From a virus (Duplodnaviria; Caudoviricetes): a DNA stretch of 24,990 nucleotides. The stretch spans positions 1-24,990 of the IMG/VR virus record IMGVR_UViG_3300048855_000215; one strand, written 5' to 3'. Under the pieces are notes generated by a model. That model did no database searches, was not told the origin of the DNA, and saw only the letters and a list, made by a program, of their open reading frames with translations. The position numbers were made by a program, and so were the translations under genes. Below are positions 1 to 8,344 of this stretch, piece by piece (the stretch's first letter is position 1; each line of letters opens with the position of its first letter).

Positions 1-366
1 ATGCTTTACGCTGCCCTCAATACGATCCGTGTTCTGTTTTGCTATGCCGTCATGTTTGCGTTCATGGATCTTGCCTATGGCAAATTCTTTCATTGGTATA
101 TGGCACCATCGTTGGCTTCTGTATGCGTCTTTTCTTTCGTTCCTCTTCCGAGGGTGCGACTTCGGCATCGCTTACCGCTGTTGATCGCTTCTGTAATCGT
201 GGCCAGGTCTCATCAGGCGGCGTGGCGGTGGTACTTCGAGAGCGTTTTCGACTTTCTGTTTTGGTTCGGCCCGCACAATATGGTTTTTCTGCTGGCCTAC
301 GCTTTTCTGGAGGGCGGTCTGCTGAGCATGTTCGCGGCGGTTCGGCCGGCCGGTCGTAAGGGGTAA
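1..366 (+). CDS. Small multi-pass membrane protein (cargo; immunity-like)
   Basis: 121-aa ORF with about four aromatic-rich hydrophobic segments; T-rich codon usage unlike the structural genes. Confidence 0.6.
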   Translation: MLYAALNTIRVLFCYAVMFAFMDLAYGKFFHWYMAPSLASVCVFSFVPLPRVRLRHRLPLLIASVIVARSHQAAWRWYFESVFDFLFWFGPHNMVFLLAYAFLEGGLLSMFAAVRPAGRKG

Positions 367-846
367 CGCTTGTAAGTATTTGCGCGGAAGTGCTTCATCC
401 GCGGCGTCGGAGTGCCGCGCGAATTCGCCCGCATGGGGTGCGTCACTGCTGACCGCCGTAGCAGGTCAATTGCCGCTGAAATGCTGCCGAGAGCATACTT
501 ATCCAGGCGGTCGGCTTCGGCTGACGCGCGTTCGCCCCACATTCGCCTTCCCCATGCTCTTTCTCTAGAATTTTACCTGTGGCGTTGCCGGGACGATGCA
601 GCCGGTGTGCAATTCAAAGACCGAAATCAACCATACCGTGTAGCGGGCTCTTCGCCGGCTGCCAGGGTGGACAGCGCAATAGCCGCTCAAGCCTCTTCGA
701 ATCGATAACGTTCATGTTTTTAGGTCGCCGCCTGCTGATGGGCGAACGCGCGTGTGGCCCCTCGTCCGCCTGCCGGCAGCGCAGGCGGGGCGAAGAGACA
801 CGCAGGCCCCCTCAGCTTCGGGCATTCGACGGGAGCCGGGTTTGAC

Positions 847-1086
847 ATGAAGACAGAAGACAGGATCGCAGCCGCCCGCGTGCTCATCGACATGCCGCTC
901 TTTCACCTGCTGATGGACGAGCTCGAAACCGCGGCCGTCAACGGCTGCGTGAACGCCAAGCACACAGATCACGAGACCCGCGCGGCCTTTGCGGCCGAAG
1001 TGCGGGCAATCCGGAATTTCCGCGGCAAGCTCAAGTTCCTCGCCGAGGGACAAGCCAATGCCGACGGGAAGGAAGCTCCGGCATAG
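847..1086 (+). CDS. Small phage head-module protein (79 aa) of the type found between portal and scaffold
   Basis: ATG at 847 (MKTEDRIAAARVL...), high-GC3 codon usage, immediately upstream of the scaffold gene. Confidence 0.7.
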   Translation: MKTEDRIAAARVLIDMPLFHLLMDELETAAVNGCVNAKHTDHETRAAFAAEVRAIRNFRGKLKFLAEGQANADGKEAPA

Positions 1087-1118
1087 GGCCGGCGCGAAAC
1101 CTTAAAGGCAAGCCAGAC

Positions 1119-2087
1119 ATGACAGACGCAACCACCAACTCGCCGTTTTCCGGCGAGAGTGATAGTGCGCGGCCCTCGCTTTCCCTCGATGACGCTTCAA
1201 GCCTCGAGTTCTCCGAGTCCGGCGGGACCGACGAAGAGGAGGAGAGCGAGCGGCTATTGACGAGCGAGACGGGTGAGACCAGCGAAGATGGTCAAGAGAC
1301 CGGCCAACCCGCAGACCAGGGCGACGAGACACCCAAATCCGAAGAAAAGGGCGAGGAGTCCAACGAAACCCCGGACACCATCATTACCCTGAAAGGTGGC
1401 GAGCAGGTTCCGCTCGAGGAACTGAAGCTGGGGTATTTGCGGGAACGCGACTACCGCCACAAAACTCAGGAGCTCGGCAACAAGGGCCGAAATCTTGAGG
1501 CGATGACAACCCGCGTCGCCGACACGGCGAACGCCATCGCTCAATTCCTGATCGAACAGCTGCCGGAAGAACCGACGCAGGCTCTGGCTATCCAGAACCC
1601 GGCGGAATACGTCCGGAAGAAGGCTATCTACGACGCAGCCCTGACGCATGTGCACCGGCTCGCCGGCATGGGACAGGAGCCTCGCAAGGTCGCCGACGAA
1701 CTCAGCCGGGCCGCCACCGAGGAAACTCTCGCGGCCGAGAATTCAAAGCTGCTCGAAGCCTTTCCGCATCTCGCGAAGGACGAGGCTCGCCAGAAGTTCT
1801 TTGCCGACGCCTTCGCGGCCGGCGAGGACTTCGGCTTCTCCGCCGAGGAGATGCGGCCGGTCACCGATCACCGCTATTTCAAGGTCATGCACTACGCCAT
1901 GCTCGGCCTCCGGGCCGAACAGGCGAAGAACAGGGCGCTGCAGAAGGTGGCGAACGCTCCGCCGGTGACGGCCAGAGCCAGGCCGAACGGACCGGTAAAT
2001 CCGCAAGCACGAAAAAACCGGGAAGCGATGAAGAGGTTGTCGAAAACCGGGTCGATCAAAGACGCAATGGCGATCGACTTCGAATAA
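1119..2087 (+). CDS. Capsid scaffolding protein
   Basis: Very acidic disordered N-terminus, the motif VPLEELKLGYLRERDYRHKTQEL, a helical middle and a KTGSIKDA C-terminus; directly precedes the capsid gene. Confidence 0.8.
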   Translation: MTDATTNSPFSGESDSARPSLSLDDASSLEFSESGGTDEEEESERLLTSETGETSEDGQETGQPADQGDETPKSEEKGEESNETPDTIITLKGGEQVPLEELKLGYLRERDYRHKTQELGNKGRNLEAMTTRVADTANAIAQFLIEQLPEEPTQALAIQNPAEYVRKKAIYDAALTHVHRLAGMGQEPRKVADELSRAATEETLAAENSKLLEAFPHLAKDEARQKFFADAFAAGEDFGFSAEEMRPVTDHRYFKVMHYAMLGLRAEQAKNRALQKVANAPPVTARARPNGPVNPQARKNREAMKRLSKTGSIKDAMAIDFE

Positions 2088-2159
2088 CCATCCCCAAACA
2101 TTTGACGCGTTTGCAGGCCGAAAACGTCCTTGCAAGCGCATTCGAAGGACCAGAAAAAC

Positions 2160-3155
2160 ATGGCTGCTCTCGCCAATACCTTCCTGACCACGGATGCCGT
2201 CGGCAACCGCGAGGAACTCTCGGACGTGGTATCCCGCATCACGCCCGAGGACACCCCGATCTATTCGCTCATCGAAAAGGGCAAGTGCGCTTCGATCCAT
2301 CCCGAATGGGAGACGGACGAGCTTGCCGCTCCGGGGGCGAACATCAAGAGCGAAGGCGACGAATATTCTTTCGGCGCCATCACGCCGCCTGACCGCATGG
2401 GCAACTATACCCAGATCATGCGCAAGGACTGGATCATCTCCGGCACGCAGGAAGTCGTTTCCGAAGCCGGCAACGTGCAGAAACGGAAGTACCAGAAGCT
2501 CAAGAAGGGCGTCGAGATACGCAAGGATGTCGAATATGCGATCGTCGACACCAACGCTTCGGTCGCCGGCGCCACCCGCGAATTCGGCTCGCTCAACACC
2601 TGGACCGAGACCAATGTGTCGCGTGGTGCCGGCGGCGCAAACGGCGGCTTCGACAAGGCCACCGGCCTGACGGTCGCCCCGACCGACGGCACGCAGCGCG
2701 CCTTCAGCAAGGCGATACTGGACGACGTGATGCAGCAGGGCTACCAGAGCGGCGCCAATTTCCGGCACGTCTGCGTATCCCCCTATGTCAAGAGCGTGTT
2801 CGTCACCTTCATGTCGGACGCCAACGTGGCACCGTTCCGCTATGCCGTCTCCAAGGGCGGCGAACGCAACACCATCATCGCGACGGCGGACTACTACGAA
2901 GGCCCGTTCGGCACCGTCATGATCCATCCGAACCGCGTGCAGGCAGCCAATGCGACCACGGCGCGCAACGCCTTCTTCCTCGATACCGACATGCTGGAAT
3001 TCCTCTGGCTGCGGCAGATCCAGGAAGACAAGGACATTGCCCGGACCGGCGACGCCGACAAGGGTGTGATCATCGGCGAAGGCACGCTCAAGGTGAAAAA
3101 CGAAAAGGGCCTCGGCGTCGCGGCCGATCTTTTCGGCTTGAGCGAGGCAAGCTGA
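2160..3155 (+). CDS. Major capsid protein, DUF5309/SU10 type (331 aa)
   Basis: N-terminal NTFLTTDAVGNREELSDVVSRITPEDTP...EWETDEL and C-terminal TGDADKGVIIGEGTLKVKNEKG are typical of this family; GAAGGA RBS before ATG 2160. Confidence 0.9.
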   Translation: MAALANTFLTTDAVGNREELSDVVSRITPEDTPIYSLIEKGKCASIHPEWETDELAAPGANIKSEGDEYSFGAITPPDRMGNYTQIMRKDWIISGTQEVVSEAGNVQKRKYQKLKKGVEIRKDVEYAIVDTNASVAGATREFGSLNTWTETNVSRGAGGANGGFDKATGLTVAPTDGTQRAFSKAILDDVMQQGYQSGANFRHVCVSPYVKSVFVTFMSDANVAPFRYAVSKGGERNTIIATADYYEGPFGTVMIHPNRVQAANATTARNAFFLDTDMLEFLWLRQIQEDKDIARTGDADKGVIIGEGTLKVKNEKGLGVAADLFGLSEAS

Positions 3156-3521
3156 GGGATAGACGGAGTCCCCCCGGCGCGTTTCAGTGCCCCATCGAGG
3201 CATTGAAGCGCGCTTCCGGACGAAAAACCGCTGGACACCTTTCTGGGGATCTCCCTTCAGGGGCAAGGTGCCAGCTTCAGAAGGGATCAGATCAATGGCT
3301 ACCAAAGGTCGGAAACACGGCCGGACACCCTGACGCCTTACAAAGGGAAAAGGCCGAATTTCGCTCCCCACTCTTGCGAGTGTTCCCGAAATGTTCTACA
3401 ACGAGAACGGGTACGGAAGTCAGTATGAAGCTTTTGGTGAGTCTTCCGATGGCCGACCGGATGTCTGGTCCCGAGAGGCGGCTGGGATCTTTATGGGATT
3501 GCTCGCAGGAGAGGAAGGACC

Positions 3522-4105
3522 GTGTTTCGAAGGTATCTCAGCGCAGCGTTCGGTGTAGGCATATCGTTCTTCGCCGCGCCGGCAACGGCCGGCCCAGATG
3601 AGATTGTCGATGCGCTGCTTCGATGCAGACCGGACTTCTTCGAGGTGTTGAAGACCGAAAAATCAGCGTTCGCGCCGGCGCTGATCCGGCATCGTGAAAT
3701 CCCAATCTCCGACATCGTCACGTCCCTGGCAAACATTGCGACGTTCCAGGAGTCGATCCAATCTCGCGGAGTCGACATCCAGGTCTACCTGCAGACGGTT
3801 ATCTCAGGTTCCGGCGATGCCGACCGGCGGACGCATATCTGGGGGGTCTTGGTTCCGGGGAGCCGCAGGAGGTCATCGGTACGCTGGAAGCGAACGTCCC
3901 TGGAGCGAAATTCGAGCCGTCAGCGGATGGCTGGATGCTGAAAGGGGATCAATGGCAGCGACCAGATCCGTGGAGCCTGCTGCTCGTTCGTCGATACCAG
4001 GACAATTTCGGCGCCGGCAGCAGCATCTGGTGTTTTGCCGAAACGGCTGTTCTGGATCCCATGCAGGTCCTGCCCAACATCGAAGAGCTGCTCTGGAAGT
4101 TCTGA
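3522..4105 (+). pseudogene. Secreted/periplasmic protein (about 194 aa if repaired) split by a 1-bp frameshift near 3841-3860
   Basis: GTG start after GAGGAAGG; signal peptide MFRRYLSAAFGVGISFFAAPATA. A second frame continues GEPQEVIGTLEANVPGAKF...LPNIEELLWKF to TGA at 4103-4105. Confidence 0.7.
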
Positions 4106-4559
4106 CTTCAACGCTTTGAATCTGCGCACTCCTAGCGCAAAGGCGTCACACACCTTTGCTCAAAGTGCCCTGATCGGCTTCGGCGGGCATCAAATAAGCG
4201 GGCTTAAACTCGCCTTTTGAGGACAATACGAAGAATCGTCTTGGGACGAATGGAGCAATGATATCGGGCGCCGTTCGGGCGCCGAGCAGTTTTAGCATCG
4301 CCTTCGCCGCGACCGTTCCTTTCCGGGAACGTATCTGAAATGCGACGCAGGAGAAGAGGTCTCGGCGACCTTGGGCCGGCTCCCCCAATTCCAGGCTTTT
4401 CCAGCTGCGGGCATATGGATTCGCTTCGCGTTCGCGGCGCTTACAGGCAAATTCCGGCCACGGCGGCCGGATTCCGGCCCGGTGTGAATTATGCACCTGT
4501 TCCGCTGCAGCATCCGCGAAGATCTCCCTCTTGCAGAAAACGCTGACCAAGGCCGCTGG

Positions 4560-4622
4560 CGCCGACAGACCCGTGATCATCGGCGAAGCACGCTTCAAGA
4601 CGAGAGCGTGAAGAGACCCGCC
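4560..4622 (+). repeat. Decayed copy of the 3' end of the major capsid gene (3053-3115)
   Basis: CGCCGACA-N5-GTGATCATCGGCGAAG(G)CACGCT(T)CAAG occurs at both sites with identical spacing; 16-bp exact core at 3066-3081 and 4573-4588. Confidence 0.75.
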
Positions 4623-4659
4623 GGCGGGCATTCAACCCGGAAAATTCAAAGGAGCCATT

Positions 4660-5913
4660 ATGGCCGAACCGACTTCGAAATTTCAGCCGGAAACGCTTGA
4701 CTTCATCGCCCGCAACGCGCGCAAAGCCGATCGTATCGCCAAGGCGCTGGGTCTTGCACCCAACGCCATGATGGGCGCAGTCGCCAACGAATACGATACG
4801 CGCCACAATCCGGAGCTGGGAAGCGGATTTAGTGGAGCAGCCGGGCAATGGTTTGGAGATGGATTATCTCAGTGGAACCCCTGGTATCAGAAAATTGATC
4901 ATGGAAATCTGGAGGAAAGTTATTATGAGGAGAAAACCGAGGAGCGGTCTCCGGACTGGATCGACAGACATGCTCCGAAGAAGATCGCCAGCCTGATCGA
5001 TAAAATTAAAGAGCCGGCCAGTGTTGATGTAGGGCCGGGCAATATCAAGCTTGGGACGGCGGTCGATCTTCTGGAAGCCTATGTCGCTCAACATCCCGAT
5101 GAGGGCGACGATCCGCTGGGCCTCAAGAAATATGTCGGCCGTTACGACCGGCTGAGAGACGATCTTCTCAACTTCGAAGACGCCGACACGACTCTGGCCT
5201 TCGCCGGGTTGATGGTTGGACGAGCGGAGCCTTTCTTCATCGCTAGAGACGAGGCATCCTGGAGCCGGCTGTCACCAGACGAGCGCGACGCGCTTCGGAT
5301 CATGTACTACAAACTAGGACCGGAGACGCTCTCCAACAACATTGCCGAAAGCAAGGTGAACGCCAGAACGAATGGCCAACGGTACGACTTCAATCCCAAT
5401 GGCGATGGCGGCGAGCAGCACCTGAACAATCTCGGGGGGATCGAGAACGCGTTTCAACTCGGCCGTGTGCAGGGCGAGAACGTCATGCCGTACGTGCCGG
5501 AAGACGAACTGGAGAAGGAGCCGTATTTCGACTATGAGCTCGGACTTCCAACGCGTGTCTACCGTAAAGGGACGACAATACTGAACCCGCAATACACATA
5601 TGACCCTTATTCCACTGCCTTGAATGCGCAAGGCAAGCTTCCGCCTTATGCAGGCTTCGATTCGCCGGTGGAGCGTTTGCGGGCAGAGGGAGCGAAGCCT
5701 GAAACGGCAGGGGATGCAAGCGTTCCGAGGCTGTCGGGGGGAACGGCCGTACGGCCACCGCCACAGGATCCTGCCGGCAAGTGGAAGGGGAAGCAGCGAT
5801 TTGAACCGGGTCGGAGAGGCGCAACGGACTTTCCGGATGCGCTGCGGTTCTGGGATGACGCTGTTCGTGGCCGCGCATCGCTGAAGGAAATGTTTGAAGG
5901 CTGGACCGAATGA
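4660..5913 (+). CDS. 417-aa protein with a putative lysozyme-like (SLT/goose-type fold) N-terminal domain and a Pro/Gly-rich C-terminal region; candidate effector
   Basis: GGAG RBS at 4651. IAKALGLAPNAMMGAVANE (helix ending in Glu) and DVGPGNIK resemble lysozyme-superfamily motifs I and II. No signal peptide. Confidence 0.6.
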   Translation: MAEPTSKFQPETLDFIARNARKADRIAKALGLAPNAMMGAVANEYDTRHNPELGSGFSGAAGQWFGDGLSQWNPWYQKIDHGNLEESYYEEKTEERSPDWIDRHAPKKIASLIDKIKEPASVDVGPGNIKLGTAVDLLEAYVAQHPDEGDDPLGLKKYVGRYDRLRDDLLNFEDADTTLAFAGLMVGRAEPFFIARDEASWSRLSPDERDALRIMYYKLGPETLSNNIAESKVNARTNGQRYDFNPNGDGGEQHLNNLGGIENAFQLGRVQGENVMPYVPEDELEKEPYFDYELGLPTRVYRKGTTILNPQYTYDPYSTALNAQGKLPPYAGFDSPVERLRAEGAKPETAGDASVPRLSGGTAVRPPPQDPAGKWKGKQRFEPGRRGATDFPDALRFWDDAVRGRASLKEMFEGWTE

Positions 5914-5959
5914 ACGGCCGATTCAGCATTCATTCGGTGGCCTCCAGAGCCGGCGACGA

Positions 5960-6769
5960 TCAATTGTTCGACGGGAAATCGGGAGGGAGGCTGAACGAAA
6001 ACAGCGGCACGGTGCTCCAGAAGCGCGGCTTGGGCGTGCAGCGCGCCATGTCGGCGGTGAGGTGGTCGGTGGGGACGAAGCGGTACTTCGCGAACGACCA
6101 GTTATGGCTGTAGTCGTTGTCGCCTGGCAACACCAGAACCGCATGGAAGCTATGGACGATGCCGCGATCGTAGCCGGACGCCGCATAAAGCGGGAATCCG
6201 CGCATGTGCGCCACGCTTGTTCGTTCACCTGTCCGTTCGTCCAGAGCGACGCAAAAAGGCTTGCCGTCGGCGATCAGGCTGGAACTTAAAACCACGAGTG
6301 CGGCGACCAGCAGTGACCAGAGTCCGGCGAGGCAGGCCAATCCCAGCGGCACCCAACCGAGGCACAGCCGTGCGTCCTCGGAACCGGCGGAGGAGACGAG
6401 GAAGACGGAGGATGCCAGTCCAAGCGTCAACGTCATACCGTGCGCCCAAGGAAGGAACAGCGATGGTGAACCGGACAGCGCGCCAATCACGAGCGTAAGG
6501 AGCGCGCCGGGCAGGACGATCAGTGGATAGAGAATCCATGCGAGACGCCAATGTAAGCGAATGCCGCCCAAGACATGGGTAGCGGCCAGAACAAAAGGCA
6601 GGACCGGCAAAACGAGCAAAAAGGCGAAAACGGTCGTTAAAAACCACGCTTCGCTGTTGGAATAATCCAGTTCCAGTATGATGGCGGCGAACAGGACGGC
6701 GTCCGGATGGAATAGTCCCACGGCAATAGCCCCGGTGGCGGCTAGTAAAAGAATGTTCCTGCGTTCCAC
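5960..6769 (-). CDS. Integral membrane protein (about 6 TM) with a soluble C-terminal domain; candidate immunity protein
   Basis: GTG start with GAGG RBS. About 165 hydrophobic residues, then a Cys-containing soluble domain (KPFCV...FHAVL...NWSF). Convergent with 4660-5913. Confidence 0.7.
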   Translation of the reverse strand: MERRNILLLAATGAIAVGLFHPDAVLFAAIILELDYSNSEAWFLTTVFAFLLVLPVLPFVLAATHVLGGIRLHWRLAWILYPLIVLPGALLTLVIGALSGSPSLFLPWAHGMTLTLGLASSVFLVSSAGSEDARLCLGWVPLGLACLAGLWSLLVAALVVLSSSLIADGKPFCVALDERTGERTSVAHMRGFPLYAASGYDRGIVHSFHAVLVLPGDNDYSHNWSFAKYRFVPTDHLTADMARCTPKPRFWSTVPLFSFSLPPDFPSNN

Positions 6770-6870
6770 TGGTGCCTCGAGCTACGGCGAATCATCGCGT
6801 TCAGGTTGATTCCTATCTCATTTATCGGAAAAATTGTGACGGCCCGGGCGAATTCGAAAGAAACTCATCT

Positions 6871-7172
6871 CGTTCCTGGCGGACATTGCGACGTTCCGGG
6901 GTCGATCAATCTCGCGGAGTACACATTCAGGTCCGCCTGCAGACGGTTATCTCCGGCTCCGGCGATACCGAGCGGCGGACGCGTATCCGGGGGGTATCGG
7001 TGCGGGGGCGAGCCGCAGGAGCTCATCAAGACGCTGAAAGCAAACGTCCCGGAAGCGAAATTCGTGCCGTCCGCAGATGGCCGGATGCTGAAGGGGATCC
7101 GGTGCTTTTGCCGAAACGGGTGTTCCAATCCAAGTGCTGCCCGATATCGAAGAGCTGCTCTGGACGTTTTGA
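6871..7172 (+). pseudogene. Second, more decayed copy of the secreted-protein gene (matches 3721-4105)
   Basis: Long DNA similarity (e.g. CCTGCAGACGGTTATCTC, GCGAAATTCG, GAAGAGCTGCTCTGGA). Lacks the 5' end, carries frameshifts and has lost about 3951-4027. Confidence 0.85.
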
Positions 7173-7210
7173 ACATTAGCCCGACGACTTGAATCAAACG
7201 GTCAACAAGC

Positions 7211-7237
7211 GGCGGGCTTCGGCTCGCTTTTTCTTTT
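7211..7237 (+). terminator. Rho-independent terminator with cUUCGg tetraloop
   Basis: GCGGGC-TTCG-GCTCGC followed by TTTTTCTTTT; decayed copies at about 4197-4218 and 11271-11295. Confidence 0.8.
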
Positions 7238-7251
7238 CAGGAAAGATGAAC

Positions 7252-7428
7252 ATGGCAGAAGCCACAGAGAAGACCACGCCGGTCAAGCTGCTTTACGACG
7301 TCTGGGCGGCCGGCGACGGACGCGTGCCGAGAGGAACGGTCCTCGACCTGCCGGTGAAGGCGGCAAAGACCCTCATCCGGCAGGGGAAGGCCGAGCGCGC
7401 CGACCCGCTGCCCGGAGACGCCGAATGA
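7252..7428 (+). CDS. Small phage protein (58 aa), post-capsid
   Basis: AGGAAAG RBS, MAEATEKTTPVKLLYDVW..., stop overlaps the next ATG (ATGA). Confidence 0.75.
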   Translation: MAEATEKTTPVKLLYDVWAAGDGRVPRGTVLDLPVKAAKTLIRQGKAERADPLPGDAE

Positions 7429-7748
7429 TCGTGCGCGATGGTTCGTGGTCCCTCTACGATTACGACCGCAAGAGCGGGCGCTCCGTCTGGCACTATTTCG
7501 ACGGGGAGAAAGACGTTTTCCGCGTCGACTATCCCGTCGACAATCTCCTGAGCGAAAATGCCGAGATCCGCAACGGCGCGGAGCGCGCCTGGAAGGGGGA
7601 CTGGCACCGCGTCGCCTCGATCCCGCTGAACATCGCCTACGGTTCCGGCCTCGTGCAGGCCCACTCGGAAGGCGACGACCGTTCCGTGAAGCGGTTCCTC
7701 AACAACTCCGACAACCGCGCGTGGCGGACGAAGGAAGGCCACCTATGA
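7425..7748 (+). CDS. Conserved phage protein (107 aa) of DUF5309-capsid phages
   Basis: WHRVASIP and FLNNSDNRAWRT motifs; ATGA overlaps on both sides. Confidence 0.75.
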   Translation: MIVRDGSWSLYDYDRKSGRSVWHYFDGEKDVFRVDYPVDNLLSENAEIRNGAERAWKGDWHRVASIPLNIAYGSGLVQAHSEGDDRSVKRFLNNSDNRAWRTKEGHL

Positions 7749-8344
7749 CCATTTCGGACTATGCGTCCCTCCTGGTGGATGCCGGCGAATATGCCGGCCG
7801 CGAGGACATCGCGCACAACTTCCCGCGCTTTCTCGGCCTGGCGGAGCTGAAGCTCAACCGCGGGCTTCGCGTCGCCGACATGGAAGTGACCGATGAAATC
7901 GCGCTGATCGACGGGGAGGGCACGCTACCGGCCGATCTCCTCGAAGCGCGCGAGGTCAGGAACGCTTCGGGAATTCCGATTCGCGCCGTATCGCTGCAGC
8001 AGCTGACGAACAGCTACGTGGACCGCAGCGGCACGCTGGCGGGCTACGCCATCGTCGGCAGCACGATCAAGGTCCGCCCGGTCTCCGACAATGAGCTGAC
8101 GGTCACCTATTACGCCCGCATCCCGGCGCTCACCCCGTCGAATCCGACGAACTGGCTGCTGGAGAAGGCGGCCGACGTGTACCTCTATGCCCTGGTGACA
8201 GAAATCGCGATCTGGGAGCGCGATGCCGCCAAGGCACAGGCGGGTCAGCAGCTTTTGGCTCTCGCGCTTTCCGGGCTCACTGTCGAAGACGAGCGTACCC
8301 GCTGGGGCAATGCGAAGATGGTCGTTGGAGGGGTGACGCCATGA
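7745..8344 (+). CDS. Head-tail adaptor-like protein (199 aa)
   Basis: MTISDYASL...FLGLAELKLNRGLRV, TLPADLLE and TNWLLEKAADVYLY motifs of podovirus adaptor-type proteins; ATG 7745 overlaps the previous stop. Confidence 0.7.
   Translation: MTISDYASLLVDAGEYAGREDIAHNFPRFLGLAELKLNRGLRVADMEVTDEIALIDGEGTLPADLLEAREVRNASGIPIRAVSLQQLTNSYVDRSGTLAGYAIVGSTIKVRPVSDNELTVTYYARIPALTPSNPTNWLLEKAADVYLYALVTEIAIWERDAAKAQAGQQLLALALSGLTVEDERTRWGNAKMVVGGVTP

Noticed and set aside
780-846. Possible decayed portal 3' end before the 847 gene
   Set aside because: The portal gene is outside the window, so this cannot be verified from the sequence.
1743-3371. 542-aa minus-strand ORF
   Set aside because: Antisense shadow of the scaffold and capsid genes, expected in high-GC coding DNA.
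3160-3520. Possible effector-gene remnant after the capsid stop (also 4220-4550 and 20262-20700)
   Set aside because: Only short broken frames, with no convincing match to other genes in the window.
3095-3601. Possible -1 frameshift extension of the capsid (the -1 frame is open from G AAA AAC at 3095 to 3601)
   Set aside because: The site is not a canonical X XXY YYZ heptamer and is dictated by the conserved KNEK sequence. The extension is Arg-rich, junk-like and overlaps the 3522 gene.
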